This document shows, in pieces, positions 52,715 through 62,684 of a DNA stretch of 64,000 bases. Below the pieces are notes generated by a model. It saw nothing but the letters and a program-made list of their open reading frames with translations, ran no database searches and was not told the DNA's origin. Numbering within the stretch: the stretch's first letter is position 1; every line of letters starts with the position of its first letter. The translations under genes were made by a program, and so were the position numbers. Origin of the DNA: Alphaproteobacteria bacterium (GTDB taxonomy: Bacteria > Pseudomonadota > Alphaproteobacteria > RF32 > CAG-239); contig JAZODJ010000012.1 of assembly GCA_045597005.1 (NCBI GenBank), forward strand, positions 18,919 to 82,918. Reading direction: 5' to 3'.

Positions 52715-52970
52715 TTCTATCATCCCTCTTACCATCTATCCTCTATTATTCCCCGCATCTTTCCATCTCTGTCATTACTTGCACTTTTCCATCCGTCGTA
52801 TGAACTTTCTCCCTTCTGTCCCTCCAAGTTTATCCTTTCTTCTACCTACATCATACCCCCCCCCTTTATCCTCCTCTGTCATTTAATAATATCTTCCGCT
52901 CATCTATCATACAAATACACCTTCTTCTTCTCCTCTGTCATTCCGAGGAGCGATAGCGACGAAGGAATCT
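52715..52970 (+). repeat. degenerate ~27-bp pyrimidine-rich array ending in a REP/RPE-like palindrome
   Basis: YTCTRTCAT-like motif at 52715, 52741, 52767, 52791, 52814, 52846, 52874, 52902, 52933; final TGTCATTCCGAGGAGCGATAGCGACGAAGGAATCT. Confidence 0.6.
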
Positions 52971-53095
52971 ATTTCCCTTTATATAAAATTTATGTTATAA
53001 TCAAATTTGTGCTTGATTTTTTATTTCAAGAATGTTAGAAACCAAAACATTACATGGATTAACCCTTTAGATATTGATGAAATGAGGTGATTTAA

Positions 53096-53302
53096 GTGGT
53101 TCAAGTTACTGTTATCGGTAATGATGTCGGACAATCTTTGAAAGTTTTGAAGAAAAAGATGCAACGTGAAGGTATCTTTCGTGAAATGAAATTGCGTCGT
53201 TGTCATGAAAAAAACTCTGAAAAGAAAGCTCGTCGCCAGGCTGAAGCCGTTCGTCGCGCTCGCAAACAGTTGCGTAAACGCTTAGATACTGAAGGATTCT
53301 AA
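53096..53302 (+). CDS. rpsU: 30S ribosomal protein S21
   Basis: [25 protein letters not shown]; GAGGTG RBS, GTG start. Confidence 0.97.
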   Translation: MVQVTVIGNDVGQSLKVLKKKMQREGIFREMKLRRCHEKNSEKKARRQAEAVRRARKQLRKRLDTEGF

Positions 53303-53507
53303 TATAAAGTTTTCTTTCAAAATCTTAAACCGCTTCTTTAATTGGAGGCGGTTTTCTTTTTGAAATAAAAATATTCTTATAAAGAAATAACTGATAACGA
53401 CTGATGTTGCCTTACAGCACACTCCGCTACCGCTTCGTTTAAATGATGACATTACTTTGTTATGCGATTTAAAACTCAAATAATGAGATTAATAGAAACA
53501 AAAAAAG

Positions 53508-53700
53508 AAGGCTGAAAACCTTTAGCGTAGCCAAACCTACGTGAATTTTCAGCCTTTCGCATCTTTGCGATTAACAGCCCGTTATACAATCTTCCGTTAA
53601 GGTCGGAGAACGAGGCTAATAATAAAAAATAAAAACGGCGAAAGCAGAGTGTACAAAATAGTACATGAGCATTTCGCCGTGCTGAAATTTTTGTATTAGT
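53508..53700. repeat. two RPE-like palindromic elements
   Basis: 53508-53556 and 53635-53680 hairpins with AG(C/T)GTA..N..TAC(G/A)TGA core. Confidence 0.65.
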
Positions 53701-53716
53701 AGTCCGTTATACGACC

Positions 53717-55885
53717 TTAACTAATACCTAATTCAGCCATAACCTCTTTCTTCAAAGTAACATTATCTGCCTTTCCGGTTGCAAATACCGGCAACGAATC
53801 GCGATAAACGATAACACGAGGCAAATAAAGCTCCGGCAATCCGTTTTGCTTAATATACGCATGCAATCTGTCATTGGTTGCTTTTTTGTTGTTAGTAGCC
53901 AATACAATTTGCTCACCTTTCGTTTCATGCGGAACAGCAACAACTCCGTAAGCATGCTCAACACCATCAGCTTCAAAAGCTTTAACAATTGTTTCGTGAA
54001 CAGCATTCAATGATACCATTTCACCACCGACTTTGGCAAAACGTTTAATGCGGTCGCGAATATAAACAAATCCGATTTCATCAATTTCAACCACATCACC
54101 GGTACGATACCAACCATTCTCAGGCGGAACCAAAACCCCCGGATTCTCCGGCAAATAATATCCCAACATAACATTCGGACCTTTAACCCAAAGTTCCCCA
54201 CCCTTTTCGATTCCGTCAACCGGAACAATCTTATGTTGAATCTTTGGCAACAACTTACCGATAGAACCAAATCTGTTAAATATACAGTTATTAGCCGTAA
54301 CCACAGGAGCGCATTCTGTCGAACCATATGCTTCTTTAACACTAATACCCAATCTTTCACCCCACAGATTACGAGTATCCGGTTTAACAGCCTCTGCACC
54401 GCCATACATAATCCTGATACCTCTGAAGTCCATCGGATGGGCAATTTTAGCATATCCACGGAAGAATGTATCTGTTCCCAAAAGTGCTGTCGCACCGATT
54501 TCATATGAAAGTTCCGCAATTACACGATAATGCAAAGGCGACGGATACAAAAATAACCTACTTCCTTTGAATATCGGGAAAAATGTACCCACGGTCAAAC
54601 CAAAGCTATGGAACATCGGCAACGCATTAAGCAAAATATCTTTTGTTGTCAAAGTTTCAATACAGCTTAGTTGATCAACGTTAGATATAATATTGGCGTG
54701 GCTCAACACAACAGCCTTTGGAGCTCCCTCAGAACCGGAAGTAAACAAAATAACAGCCTTTTTATTGCCGCCATCCGGATGAGGAACCCTTTTGGCTTTG
54801 TAACGAACATAAGCTTCTATTTTATCACGCAAGGTAATATGTTTGCGCAAATCTTCCAAATAAAATATCTTATATCCAGCCTCACGCAAGTCATCAACAA
54901 CACCTTCTAATTTAGCATTACGAATAAACAAATGTGATGTTATAATCAGTTTGACTTTTGCGGTATTGCACATCGAAACCATATTTTTTGAACCAACCGA
55001 AAAGTTCAGCATAACCGGAACACGTTCATATGCAGACAAACCGAACAAAGTACACAAATTTGCCAATGCATTAGGTAACAACAATGCTACATGTTCTCCC
55101 GGACGTGTTCTTTTCTTGAAAAAACGTCCCAATACAAAAGATTTAATAACAATATCTTTATATGATTGCGGAACACGATTAATATCCTCAAAGAACTTCG
55201 GACGATGAAACCACCCCTGCTTTGAATTAACTTTTGCCGCTTTCATCAACATTCCAAACAACGAAAGTCCGCTATTATTAGCAGCATCATAGCACATATC
55301 ACGCATAATCATATAAACTTCGTTACTGATGTGATCACGTTGACGACGCAATTCATCTTTCAACTTAAATTTAACCGGTTTTCTTACCGTAATTGTAACT
55401 CTAGGCAACGGACGATGCGGAAGTTTTCCTTTTGTCTTTGAAAAATAACCGAACTGAGGTCCATCAATCCACACCGGTACTATCGGAGCGCCGGATTTAT
55501 CAGCCGCCAAACCGGGAGCTTCATAAATTTTCATCAAACCGCCGTTTTCTGTCATACGACCTTCGGCAAACATTACACAACATCTGCCACTATCTATCTT
55601 TGCAATCAATTCTTTCAAATCACCAGGCTCAATAGGATTAAACGGCATAATATCTGCTGTTTGCATCAACATTCTAATCCATTTATTACGATACAAATGC
55701 CCGTTTAATGCAAAAACGGGATTCCCCGGCAAATAAGCAAAAAGCATTATCGGATCAAGAAAAGACACATGGTTTGAAACATAAACAGCCTTTGTCGGCA
55801 GTTTATTTTCATCAAACTGAATATTGCATCTTACCTTAAAAGTATTAAACACAAGGCGTAAACAAAAACGTACAAAATTTCTCAC
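53717..55885 (-). CDS. aas: bifunctional 2-acylglycerophosphoethanolamine acyltransferase / acyl-ACP synthetase
   Basis: NHVSFLD and FAEGR (PlsC domain), FTSGSEGAPKAV, YGSTE, TGD (AMP-binding domain). Confidence 0.93.
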   Translation of the reverse strand: MRNFVRFCLRLVFNTFKVRCNIQFDENKLPTKAVYVSNHVSFLDPIMLFAYLPGNPVFALNGHLYRNKWIRMLMQTADIMPFNPIEPGDLKELIAKIDSGRCCVMFAEGRMTENGGLMKIYEAPGLAADKSGAPIVPVWIDGPQFGYFSKTKGKLPHRPLPRVTITVRKPVKFKLKDELRRQRDHISNEVYMIMRDMCYDAANNSGLSLFGMLMKAAKVNSKQGWFHRPKFFEDINRVPQSYKDIVIKSFVLGRFFKKRTRPGEHVALLLPNALANLCTLFGLSAYERVPVMLNFSVGSKNMVSMCNTAKVKLIITSHLFIRNAKLEGVVDDLREAGYKIFYLEDLRKHITLRDKIEAYVRYKAKRVPHPDGGNKKAVILFTSGSEGAPKAVVLSHANIISNVDQLSCIETLTTKDILLNALPMFHSFGLTVGTFFPIFKGSRLFLYPSPLHYRVIAELSYEIGATALLGTDTFFRGYAKIAHPMDFRGIRIMYGGAEAVKPDTRNLWGERLGISVKEAYGSTECAPVVTANNCIFNRFGSIGKLLPKIQHKIVPVDGIEKGGELWVKGPNVMLGYYLPENPGVLVPPENGWYRTGDVVEIDEIGFVYIRDRIKRFAKVGGEMVSLNAVHETIVKAFEADGVEHAYGVVAVPHETKGEQIVLATNNKKATNDRLHAYIKQNGLPELYLPRVIVYRDSLPVFATGKADNVTLKKEVMAELGIS

Positions 55886-56115
55886 GATAGTTTCTCCAAC
55901 AGTTCACGTTAACTCTTTTTTAAATACTTTATACATAACTGTAAAGAAAAAAAAAGAAACCTCAATTTTCAATCATTCGATTTAATATATAATACATTGT
56001 TTTTTAAGGCATTTTAGGCTTTTACACAAGAGTGGATAAAAGTAAGTTGTTTTTTTAAAACTATGTGTTACAAAATCCATTATCAATTAAAACAATATGT
56101 TACGGAGTAAAAAAT

Positions 56116-56760
56116 ATGGCTTCCGATTCAAAAAGCAAACTATTGCTTAGTGCTTTTGAAGAATTCGCCAAAAACGGATTTTGGGGTGCATCAACACGCG
56201 ATATTGCCTCCAAAGCCAACATCAATATATCTTCAATTCTTTACTACTTCGGCGGTAAAAAAGGAATTTATATGGCGGCCTTAAAAAATATCGTCGATAC
56301 GGTTAATACAATGACCGAAGAACAAACAAAACAATACCAAAAGGTCATTGATAAACAAGATGCTGTTGCTGCTCGCAAATTATTAAAAAAAATGATTGAA
56401 CGTTTTCTTTCTATTCTATGTAGTCAAGAATTATCCGGTAACATAAAAAAGGTTTTTTTAAGTGAATATTCAAGCCCTACGGCTGAATTTAATATTTTGT
56501 ATGATGAGCTTATAAAACCTGTTCATGAGCGAATGGCAAATCTGCTAAGATTAGCAAGTGAAAACAAAATTGATTTAAAAAATTGCTATTTTTACATCAT
56601 ACCTTTGTTTTCACATTTATTTATTTTTGCATCTCGTAAAGAATCTGTTTGCGCAATGATGGAATGGAAAGATTATGACGATACCGCACAAAAACATCTA
56701 TTACAATATACAAACTCGCAAATTGACTTTCTACTAGATTATCTTCCTAAGAAAAATTAA
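56116..56760 (+). CDS. TetR family transcriptional regulator (CecR-like)
   Basis: N-terminal HTH F...GF.GASTRDIA..A......I.YYFGGK.G.Y; GGAG RBS. Confidence 0.88.
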   Translation: MASDSKSKLLLSAFEEFAKNGFWGASTRDIASKANINISSILYYFGGKKGIYMAALKNIVDTVNTMTEEQTKQYQKVIDKQDAVAARKLLKKMIERFLSILCSQELSGNIKKVFLSEYSSPTAEFNILYDELIKPVHERMANLLRLASENKIDLKNCYFYIIPLFSHLFIFASRKESVCAMMEWKDYDDTAQKHLLQYTNSQIDFLLDYLPKKN

Positions 56761-56800
56761 TAAAAACCCCCCGAAATTTTATTTTCGGGGGGTTTTTTAT
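56759..56800. terminator. bidirectional terminator
   Basis: AAAAACCCCCCGAAA ... TTTCGGGGGGTTTTT. Confidence 0.85.
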
Positions 56801-56809
56801 TAACATCAA

Positions 56810-57394
56810 TTATTCGATACAGCAATCAACAGCCTTACGAACAAAAGCCTTCATTTTTGCAAAAGCCCCGCCATCTTCTTTTACTTGAATTTCTTTCTTT
56901 TCAACCGGAGCCTTATTTTCTTCCAACTTTTCAGATATTTTCTTTATATCGTCCATATTATCTTCAACCCACTTAACATCGGAAACATCCAACATCTTCA
57001 TATTAAGTCCCCAAAACAGACAATATAAATCATAGGCTTGATTAAATAAGCTATATGCCAAATCTTTATTTCCCATTGACTGTTGTTTTGTTCCGACTTC
57101 CATCAACCGCATAGATGATGCCAACAAGTGTTTTGAAATACACCAAACCTCACCTTCATATTCGGGAATAACTCTTTGCATCAAGTTTTTACGCAACTCC
57201 CGAACATTTTCAATCAAATCATAAAAGCTTGTTTTACCTGTCTTTGCACCGGAAAACACCAAATGTTCTTCAATTGATATCAAGTTCATAATAGCAATTG
57301 TCAAATCTTGATCCGATGACAAATCTTTAGGATTAACTTTTTTTGCTTGATCAACACGTTCAACAAATTCTTTTACATCTTTAGCTTTTTTCAC
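56810..57394 (-). CDS. hypothetical helical protein with EEH, WCISKH and C-terminal CC motifs
   Basis: 194-aa ORF; GTG start overlaps the upstream TAG stop by 1 nt. Confidence 0.8.
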   Translation of the reverse strand: MKKAKDVKEFVERVDQAKKVNPKDLSSDQDLTIAIMNLISIEEHLVFSGAKTGKTSFYDLIENVRELRKNLMQRVIPEYEGEVWCISKHLLASSMRLMEVGTKQQSMGNKDLAYSLFNQAYDLYCLFWGLNMKMLDVSDVKWVEDNMDDIKKISEKLEENKAPVEKKEIQVKEDGGAFAKMKAFVRKAVDCCIE

Positions 57395-57984
57395 TATTTA
57401 TCTCCCGAAAATTCATATAACCCCGATGCATCAAGCAAATCACCGACCGATGTTGCTTCACCCAACGGATAATAATTAAAATATAAACTCAATAATGCCA
57501 AAGCCAACACCGGCAAAACAACTTTTTCAAACGGAAAATGAGCATGACCGCCATTTTTTGCTTTCATCCATTGATAGAACTTTGAAACATAAATAAATGT
57601 CAATGCACCTAAAATAGTACTAAACAAAAGCGGATCCATATAAAAGATTCCGATAACTTTTGCTTGATACGGCATATTAACATACATAAATCCGATTGAA
57701 CCGACCGAAACAGCCATCAACAACAAATTACGTCCGATAAAATTCCAATTTTTTTTCTCAAACCACAAAATAAGCCAATATCCGAGCAAAGCCAACATCG
57801 CACCGGCCCAAACGCCCACAACGGCATCATCAACTCCATAACGACGAGCCACTTCCAATGATGCACCGACTGCAACCGTACAAACAGCACACGCCGGATT
57901 AGCCAATGCTTTTCCTGCAAAAACCAACATCAAACTCAAAATAACAACTGCAACCATTTTGTATTTTCTCCACAAATTCAGCAT
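57394..57984 (-). CDS. hypothetical membrane protein with exported CxxC motif
   Basis: signal-like N-terminus ending ALA, then NPACAVC, about four TM segments, HFPFEKV. Confidence 0.8.
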   Translation of the reverse strand: MLNLWRKYKMVAVVILSLMLVFAGKALANPACAVCTVAVGASLEVARRYGVDDAVVGVWAGAMLALLGYWLILWFEKKNWNFIGRNLLLMAVSVGSIGFMYVNMPYQAKVIGIFYMDPLLFSTILGALTFIYVSKFYQWMKAKNGGHAHFPFEKVVLPVLALALLSLYFNYYPLGEATSVGDLLDASGLYEFSGDK

Positions 57985-58122
57985 CCCTTATAGAAATACT
58001 GCTTTGGTACTGTTTCGTCAAGTATCTAAATTAGACATTGTGACAAACAACGCATATTCATAAACCAAAATTTAATTGCAAAATAACATCATCTATACTA
58101 ACATTTCATTAAGGAGAAAAAG

Positions 58123-59157
58123 ATGACAGACTTAATCAGTAAAGCTTCAAAATTACACAGTTTATCTAAAAATGAATTGGTAGAAATATTACAAAATGAC
58201 AGCTATAATGAAGAGCTTTTTAAAGCCGCCGACAAAGTACGCCGACAATATGTCGGAGATGCAATTCATCTTCGTGCATTGATTGAATTTTCCAATATCT
58301 GTAAAAACAACTGTTGCTATTGCGGACTTCGCCGTGATAATAAAAATATCGAACGATATCGAATTGATACTGAAACTATTTTTGAATTGGCTAAACACGC
58401 ATCTCTCAATATGGGATTAAAAACAATTGTTCTTCAATCCGGCGAAGATATGTATTTTAATCAAGAAAAAATATGCGAAATCATTCGCAAAATAAAAACT
58501 CTTGACGTCGCTCTGACACTAAGCATCGGCGAAAAAAGCGCCGAAGAATACAAAGCGTATAAACAAGCCGGAGCAGATCGTTTTTTATTACGCATTGAAA
58601 CAACCGATCAAGATTTATACCATCGTCTTGACCCTGGTATGAGCTGGCAAAATCGCAAACAATGTCTGCTTGATATAGGCGTATCCGGACTTGAAATAGG
58701 TTCCGGAGTTATGGTCGGTCTTCCTGAACAAACAATAGAAAGTCTTGCCGATGACATCTTGTTTTTTAAGGAAATAAATGCTGATATGATTGGCATCGGT
58801 CCGTTTATTCCCCACCCTGATACTCCTTTACGTAATGAGAAAGGCGGACAACTGGAATTATCATTAAAAGTTATGGCGCTGACACGATTGATGTTGCCTG
58901 ATATTAATATTCCGGCAACCACCGCCATGGAAACCCTTGCCCCCAACGGACAAGTTCGCGCACTTCAATCCGGTGCCAATGTTATTATGCCGAATGTTAC
59001 ATTAACACAATATCGTAAACACTATGAATTATATCCCGGAAAATCAAATACCAATTATACTCCGGATAAAAGCTTGCAGGTATTGCGTGACAAAATATTA
59101 TCCATCGGACGAAGTGTTGCAAGTGATTATGGATTCCATAAAAAATGTAATTTCTAA
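58123..59157 (+). CDS. hydE: [FeFe]-hydrogenase maturation radical SAM protein HydE
   Basis: IEFSN.C.NNC.YCGLR, LQSGED, GIGPFIPHPDTPL, GANVIMPNVT, YELYPGK. Confidence 0.9.
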   Translation: MTDLISKASKLHSLSKNELVEILQNDSYNEELFKAADKVRRQYVGDAIHLRALIEFSNICKNNCCYCGLRRDNKNIERYRIDTETIFELAKHASLNMGLKTIVLQSGEDMYFNQEKICEIIRKIKTLDVALTLSIGEKSAEEYKAYKQAGADRFLLRIETTDQDLYHRLDPGMSWQNRKQCLLDIGVSGLEIGSGVMVGLPEQTIESLADDILFFKEINADMIGIGPFIPHPDTPLRNEKGGQLELSLKVMALTRLMLPDINIPATTAMETLAPNGQVRALQSGANVIMPNVTLTQYRKHYELYPGKSNTNYTPDKSLQVLRDKILSIGRSVASDYGFHKKCNF

Positions 59158-59160
59158 AGG

Positions 59161-59204
59161 TGGCAAAAATTTTAGCGTACAAATAGCTACGTGAATTTCT
59201 GCCA
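59161..59204. repeat. RPE-like palindromic element between convergent genes
   Basis: TGGCAAAAATTTTAGCGTACAAATAGCTACGTGAATTTCTGCCA, same family as 53508-53556. Confidence 0.65.
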
Positions 59205-59220
59205 ACATTGTAAAATCGCT

Positions 59221-59931
59221 TTAGATATGCTGTTCTCCGTGTTTTTTGGGTTCGACCAGTCCACCCGAAACAATAAACTTTATCGCCTCTTCAACAGACA
59301 TATCCATTTCAATAACATCTTTACGCGGAACAAAAATTAAGAAACCGGATGTCGGGTTTGGCGTTGTCGGAATAAAAACATTAACCATATCTTCCGGCAA
59401 TTTTTGTTCAACCTCCCCTTGCAAGTCAGCACTGACAAGCCCTAATATCCAGATTCCTTTTCGGGGATATTCTAACATTACAACTTTTTTAAAAGCCTGA
59501 GTTTTATTAGAAAATACAGTTTCAAAAATTTGTTTTAACAATGAATATACTGATGAAACCAACGGCATTTTTGCCACAAACCATTCTCCGAGACGTATAA
59601 AAAAACGCCCCATAAAACCGGCCGCAAACATTCCTATAATCATTAAAAACAATATTAATATAATCAAACCCAAACCGGGAATAGTCATAGGATAATTATC
59701 GAATTTATATTGAGGAGGCAACATTTTGTTTACAAACACATCAACCCACAAAATAAATTTATATGCTAAATAAAATGTAATCGCAACAGGAGCTGTAACC
59801 AAAATACCGGTAAATAAATAAGCTCTGAGCTTAGCTCCGAGTTTCATAAAAACCTCACGTTCTTTTTCCAAACGCTTTTTTTTGATATCTTTTATATTTT
59901 TTGCTCTCATCACCACTTTTTTATCTGCCAT
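59221..59931 (-). CDS. DUF502 domain membrane protein
   Basis: TGILVTAP..IT, PLV.S.Y..LKQ, EYPRKG, VFIPTTPNPTSG.L. Confidence 0.93.
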   Translation of the reverse strand: MADKKVVMRAKNIKDIKKKRLEKEREVFMKLGAKLRAYLFTGILVTAPVAITFYLAYKFILWVDVFVNKMLPPQYKFDNYPMTIPGLGLIILILFLMIIGMFAAGFMGRFFIRLGEWFVAKMPLVSSVYSLLKQIFETVFSNKTQAFKKVVMLEYPRKGIWILGLVSADLQGEVEQKLPEDMVNVFIPTTPNPTSGFLIFVPRKDVIEMDMSVEEAIKFIVSGGLVEPKKHGEQHI

Positions 59932-59932
59932 C

Positions 59933-61702
59933 TCAAACTTTCCTTACATCATTTATTATAAACTGTACATCATTGCGACCATTCCATCTGTCATGCCGTA
60001 AAATACCGACCACATCAAATTTCTTACCGCTGGCATTTAACATCTCTGCACCAATTTGATTATCGCCGACTCTAAAAGCAATAGCTTTAACCGAACCACC
60101 GTTTTCAGACATCAAAACACAACGAACATGCCCTACCCCTATTAATGTAGATTTTGCAATTCTAACATTTTTCATCATCAAAACGGGTTCTTGATTTCCG
60201 GCACCAAATGGTTCTAATTTTTCTATATAATCAGCCAAATCCGGTGTTACACCCCCGACATCCAAAACAGCATCAACTTCAATTACCGGCGTAATTGCCT
60301 CATTTCCCATTTTTTCAACAACATACTCACCGACAAATTTCTTAAATTCACCTATCTTGCCTTCCTCCAAAGAAAATCCGGCCGCCATCATATGACCACC
60401 ACCTTTTGTCAAAAGGCCTTTTTCCTTAGCCGATATAATTAACGCTCCCAAATCGACTTGAGGCACTGAACGAGCCGAGCCTTTAACCTCATCAGCTTCA
60501 ACAGACATAACAAAAGACGGAATATTATAGCGTTCTTTTAAACGTCCGGCTACAATTCCGATCACTCCTTGATGCCAATCATTTCCATAAACAAATGCAA
60601 TAGGATACTCCTGAGGTGTTCCCTCAACTTGTTCTATTGCCGACAACAAAACATGGTTTTCAATATCTTTTCGTGTTACATTAAATTCATTTAACTTATC
60701 AACCAAAAGCTGTGCTTGATAATCGCTTGTACAACACAACAATTGATTTCCGAAATCAGCGTCCCCAACACGCCCGCAAGCATTAATTCGAGGACCGAAA
60801 ACATACCCCAGATGAAAAGCTGTCGGTGGCTCTGTCAAGTTAAGCTTATCCATCAACACGGTCAATCCCATATTATTCCTTTGAGCCATTACCTTAAGAC
60901 CTTGACTGACATAAGCTCTGTTTATTCCTTTGAGAGCAACCACATCACAAACAGTCCCCAAAGCAACCAAATCAAGCCATTGTTTTAAGTCCGGCTCTTT
61001 ACAAACATTTTCATAAAAGCCTTTTTGACGCAAACATCTGTTAACGGCAACCACCGTCATAAAAACAACCCCGACTGCAGCCATAAATTTTAACGAAGGA
61101 TAATCATCAGTTTCATCAAGTCGTTTCGGATTAACAAGCGCATAAATTTTAGGCAATTTTACTTCGGCTTCATGGTGATCCAAGACAATAACATCCAATC
61201 CCAAAGATACCGCATATTCCAACGAGTCAAAAGCTGTCGTTCCGCAATCAAGCGTAAGCAACAAATCTGCCCCTTTACTCTTAAAATCATCTACAGCCTT
61301 TCTACTGGGACCATATCCCTCTTCTCTATCCGGAATATGTACATCAGGTTCAACACCGACAGAACGCAAAAACAACTTCATAACCGAAGTTGAAGTTGCT
61401 CCATCCACATCATAATCCCCTATAATAGCGATTCGTTCTTTATTTATTATTGCTTCGGCAATCCGTTCCGATGCCTTTTGCATATCTTTCAAAACATAAG
61501 GATCAGGCATCATATTACTGATTTTAGGATTCAAAAAATCAGCAACCTCTTCAATTCCTACCCCTCGCAAAACCATAATCTTTGCAACAATATACGGCAG
61601 ATTATATTTTTGCACCAAAATTTCGACCAAACGCTCATCAACAGTGGCAACTTGCCACAAGTTGCCACCAAGAGATAAATCATTTGTCAAATTTTCATCC
61701 AT
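59933..61702 (-). CDS. recJ: single-stranded-DNA exonuclease RecJ
   Basis: GDYDVDG, DCG, DHH, GPRINACGR, GGGHMMAAG. Confidence 0.97.
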   Translation of the reverse strand: MDENLTNDLSLGGNLWQVATVDERLVEILVQKYNLPYIVAKIMVLRGVGIEEVADFLNPKISNMMPDPYVLKDMQKASERIAEAIINKERIAIIGDYDVDGATSTSVMKLFLRSVGVEPDVHIPDREEGYGPSRKAVDDFKSKGADLLLTLDCGTTAFDSLEYAVSLGLDVIVLDHHEAEVKLPKIYALVNPKRLDETDDYPSLKFMAAVGVVFMTVVAVNRCLRQKGFYENVCKEPDLKQWLDLVALGTVCDVVALKGINRAYVSQGLKVMAQRNNMGLTVLMDKLNLTEPPTAFHLGYVFGPRINACGRVGDADFGNQLLCCTSDYQAQLLVDKLNEFNVTRKDIENHVLLSAIEQVEGTPQEYPIAFVYGNDWHQGVIGIVAGRLKERYNIPSFVMSVEADEVKGSARSVPQVDLGALIISAKEKGLLTKGGGHMMAAGFSLEEGKIGEFKKFVGEYVVEKMGNEAITPVIEVDAVLDVGGVTPDLADYIEKLEPFGAGNQEPVLMMKNVRIAKSTLIGVGHVRCVLMSENGGSVKAIAFRVGDNQIGAEMLNASGKKFDVVGILRHDRWNGRNDVQFIINDVRKV

Positions 61703-61706
61703 TACA

Positions 61707-62477
61707 CTAGTATGTCAAATAAATCTCTGCACGACGATTCAAGCGCTCGCCTTCAGGCATAACTTCCTGATACATAGGCATAGAATCTGAAAGTGCTTGA
61801 GTTGTAATATTTTCGGCCGGTACACCAAAACGTCTCAAAGCCTTAGCCGTATTTTCCGCACGTTCGGCAGATACCTTAAAATTAGCCAACTTATGAGATG
61901 CCGGATCAGTATCTCTTGTTCTTGATGAAGCAAACCCGTAAACAGTAACTTTTGCATCATGTTCTTTTGCTAATTTCGCAATTTTTTTCAAACTTGCATT
62001 ATATGACGAAGCCACAACAGCACCACCATTTTCAAAATGAATTGTTTGAGCTAAATAATGCATTGAAGGAACTTCCGGTGTCTCGACTTTGTCTTCCTCA
62101 GCAACAAGATTTTCATCATTAGTATCTTTGGAAGTATTTTCCTCGATTTTTGCTGTTTCGACTTTATTTTCTTTTTCTTCTGTTACCAAAGGATCAAGTT
62201 TTTCTTCTTCAACGGCCACAACTTTTGCCGGCTCAACTTTTTCCACCGTATCCAATATAACTTCTTTAGGCTTATCTTCTTCATAAGCGGCATTTTCTTT
62301 ATCTGCAACCAATATTCCTTTATCTTCAACCTTACGGACTTCTACATTTCCGCCTTCATCAATAATAACATCACTATCATCTTCAAAATCCGGAAAAATT
62401 GTGCTGGCACAACCGCTCAACAGCAACATTACTGCAACCACTTTTCCGAAATAACCAAAACCTTTTTGCAATTGCAT
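61707..62477 (-). CDS. OmpA-family lipoprotein
   Basis: lipobox LSGC, acidic linker, C-terminal OmpA-like domain (S.ERA ... NRRAEI). Confidence 0.88.
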   Translation of the reverse strand: MQLQKGFGYFGKVVAVMLLLSGCASTIFPDFEDDSDVIIDEGGNVEVRKVEDKGILVADKENAAYEEDKPKEVILDTVEKVEPAKVVAVEEEKLDPLVTEEKENKVETAKIEENTSKDTNDENLVAEEDKVETPEVPSMHYLAQTIHFENGGAVVASSYNASLKKIAKLAKEHDAKVTVYGFASSRTRDTDPASHKLANFKVSAERAENTAKALRRFGVPAENITTQALSDSMPMYQEVMPEGERLNRRAEIYLTY

Positions 62478-62684
62478 TTCACTAACCCTATCTAAAAAAA
62501 ATCAACTCTCTTGGCAAGATAAAACATTTATAACATTTTCACAAGAACAAAAAAAAGTTTTTAGCAAATAATTAAATAATAATTAAATAAAGTGATTATC
62601 TTGCAATATTTATTTGTAATTATCAGATGATACATTATAATAAGCGACAAAAGCTACAAAAATATAACCGGCGGAAATTTTCAA

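Noticed and set aside
52670-53038. 122-aa ORF over the pyrimidine-rich tract
   Set aside because: Composition (S/P/L/F/H/I) simply reflects C/T skew; TTG start without RBS; runs through the palindrome and rpsU promoter region.
62572-62586. TTAA-N7-TTAA CtrA-like box
   Set aside because: Embedded in an A/T-only tandem (AAATAATTAAAT); expected by chance in this composition.
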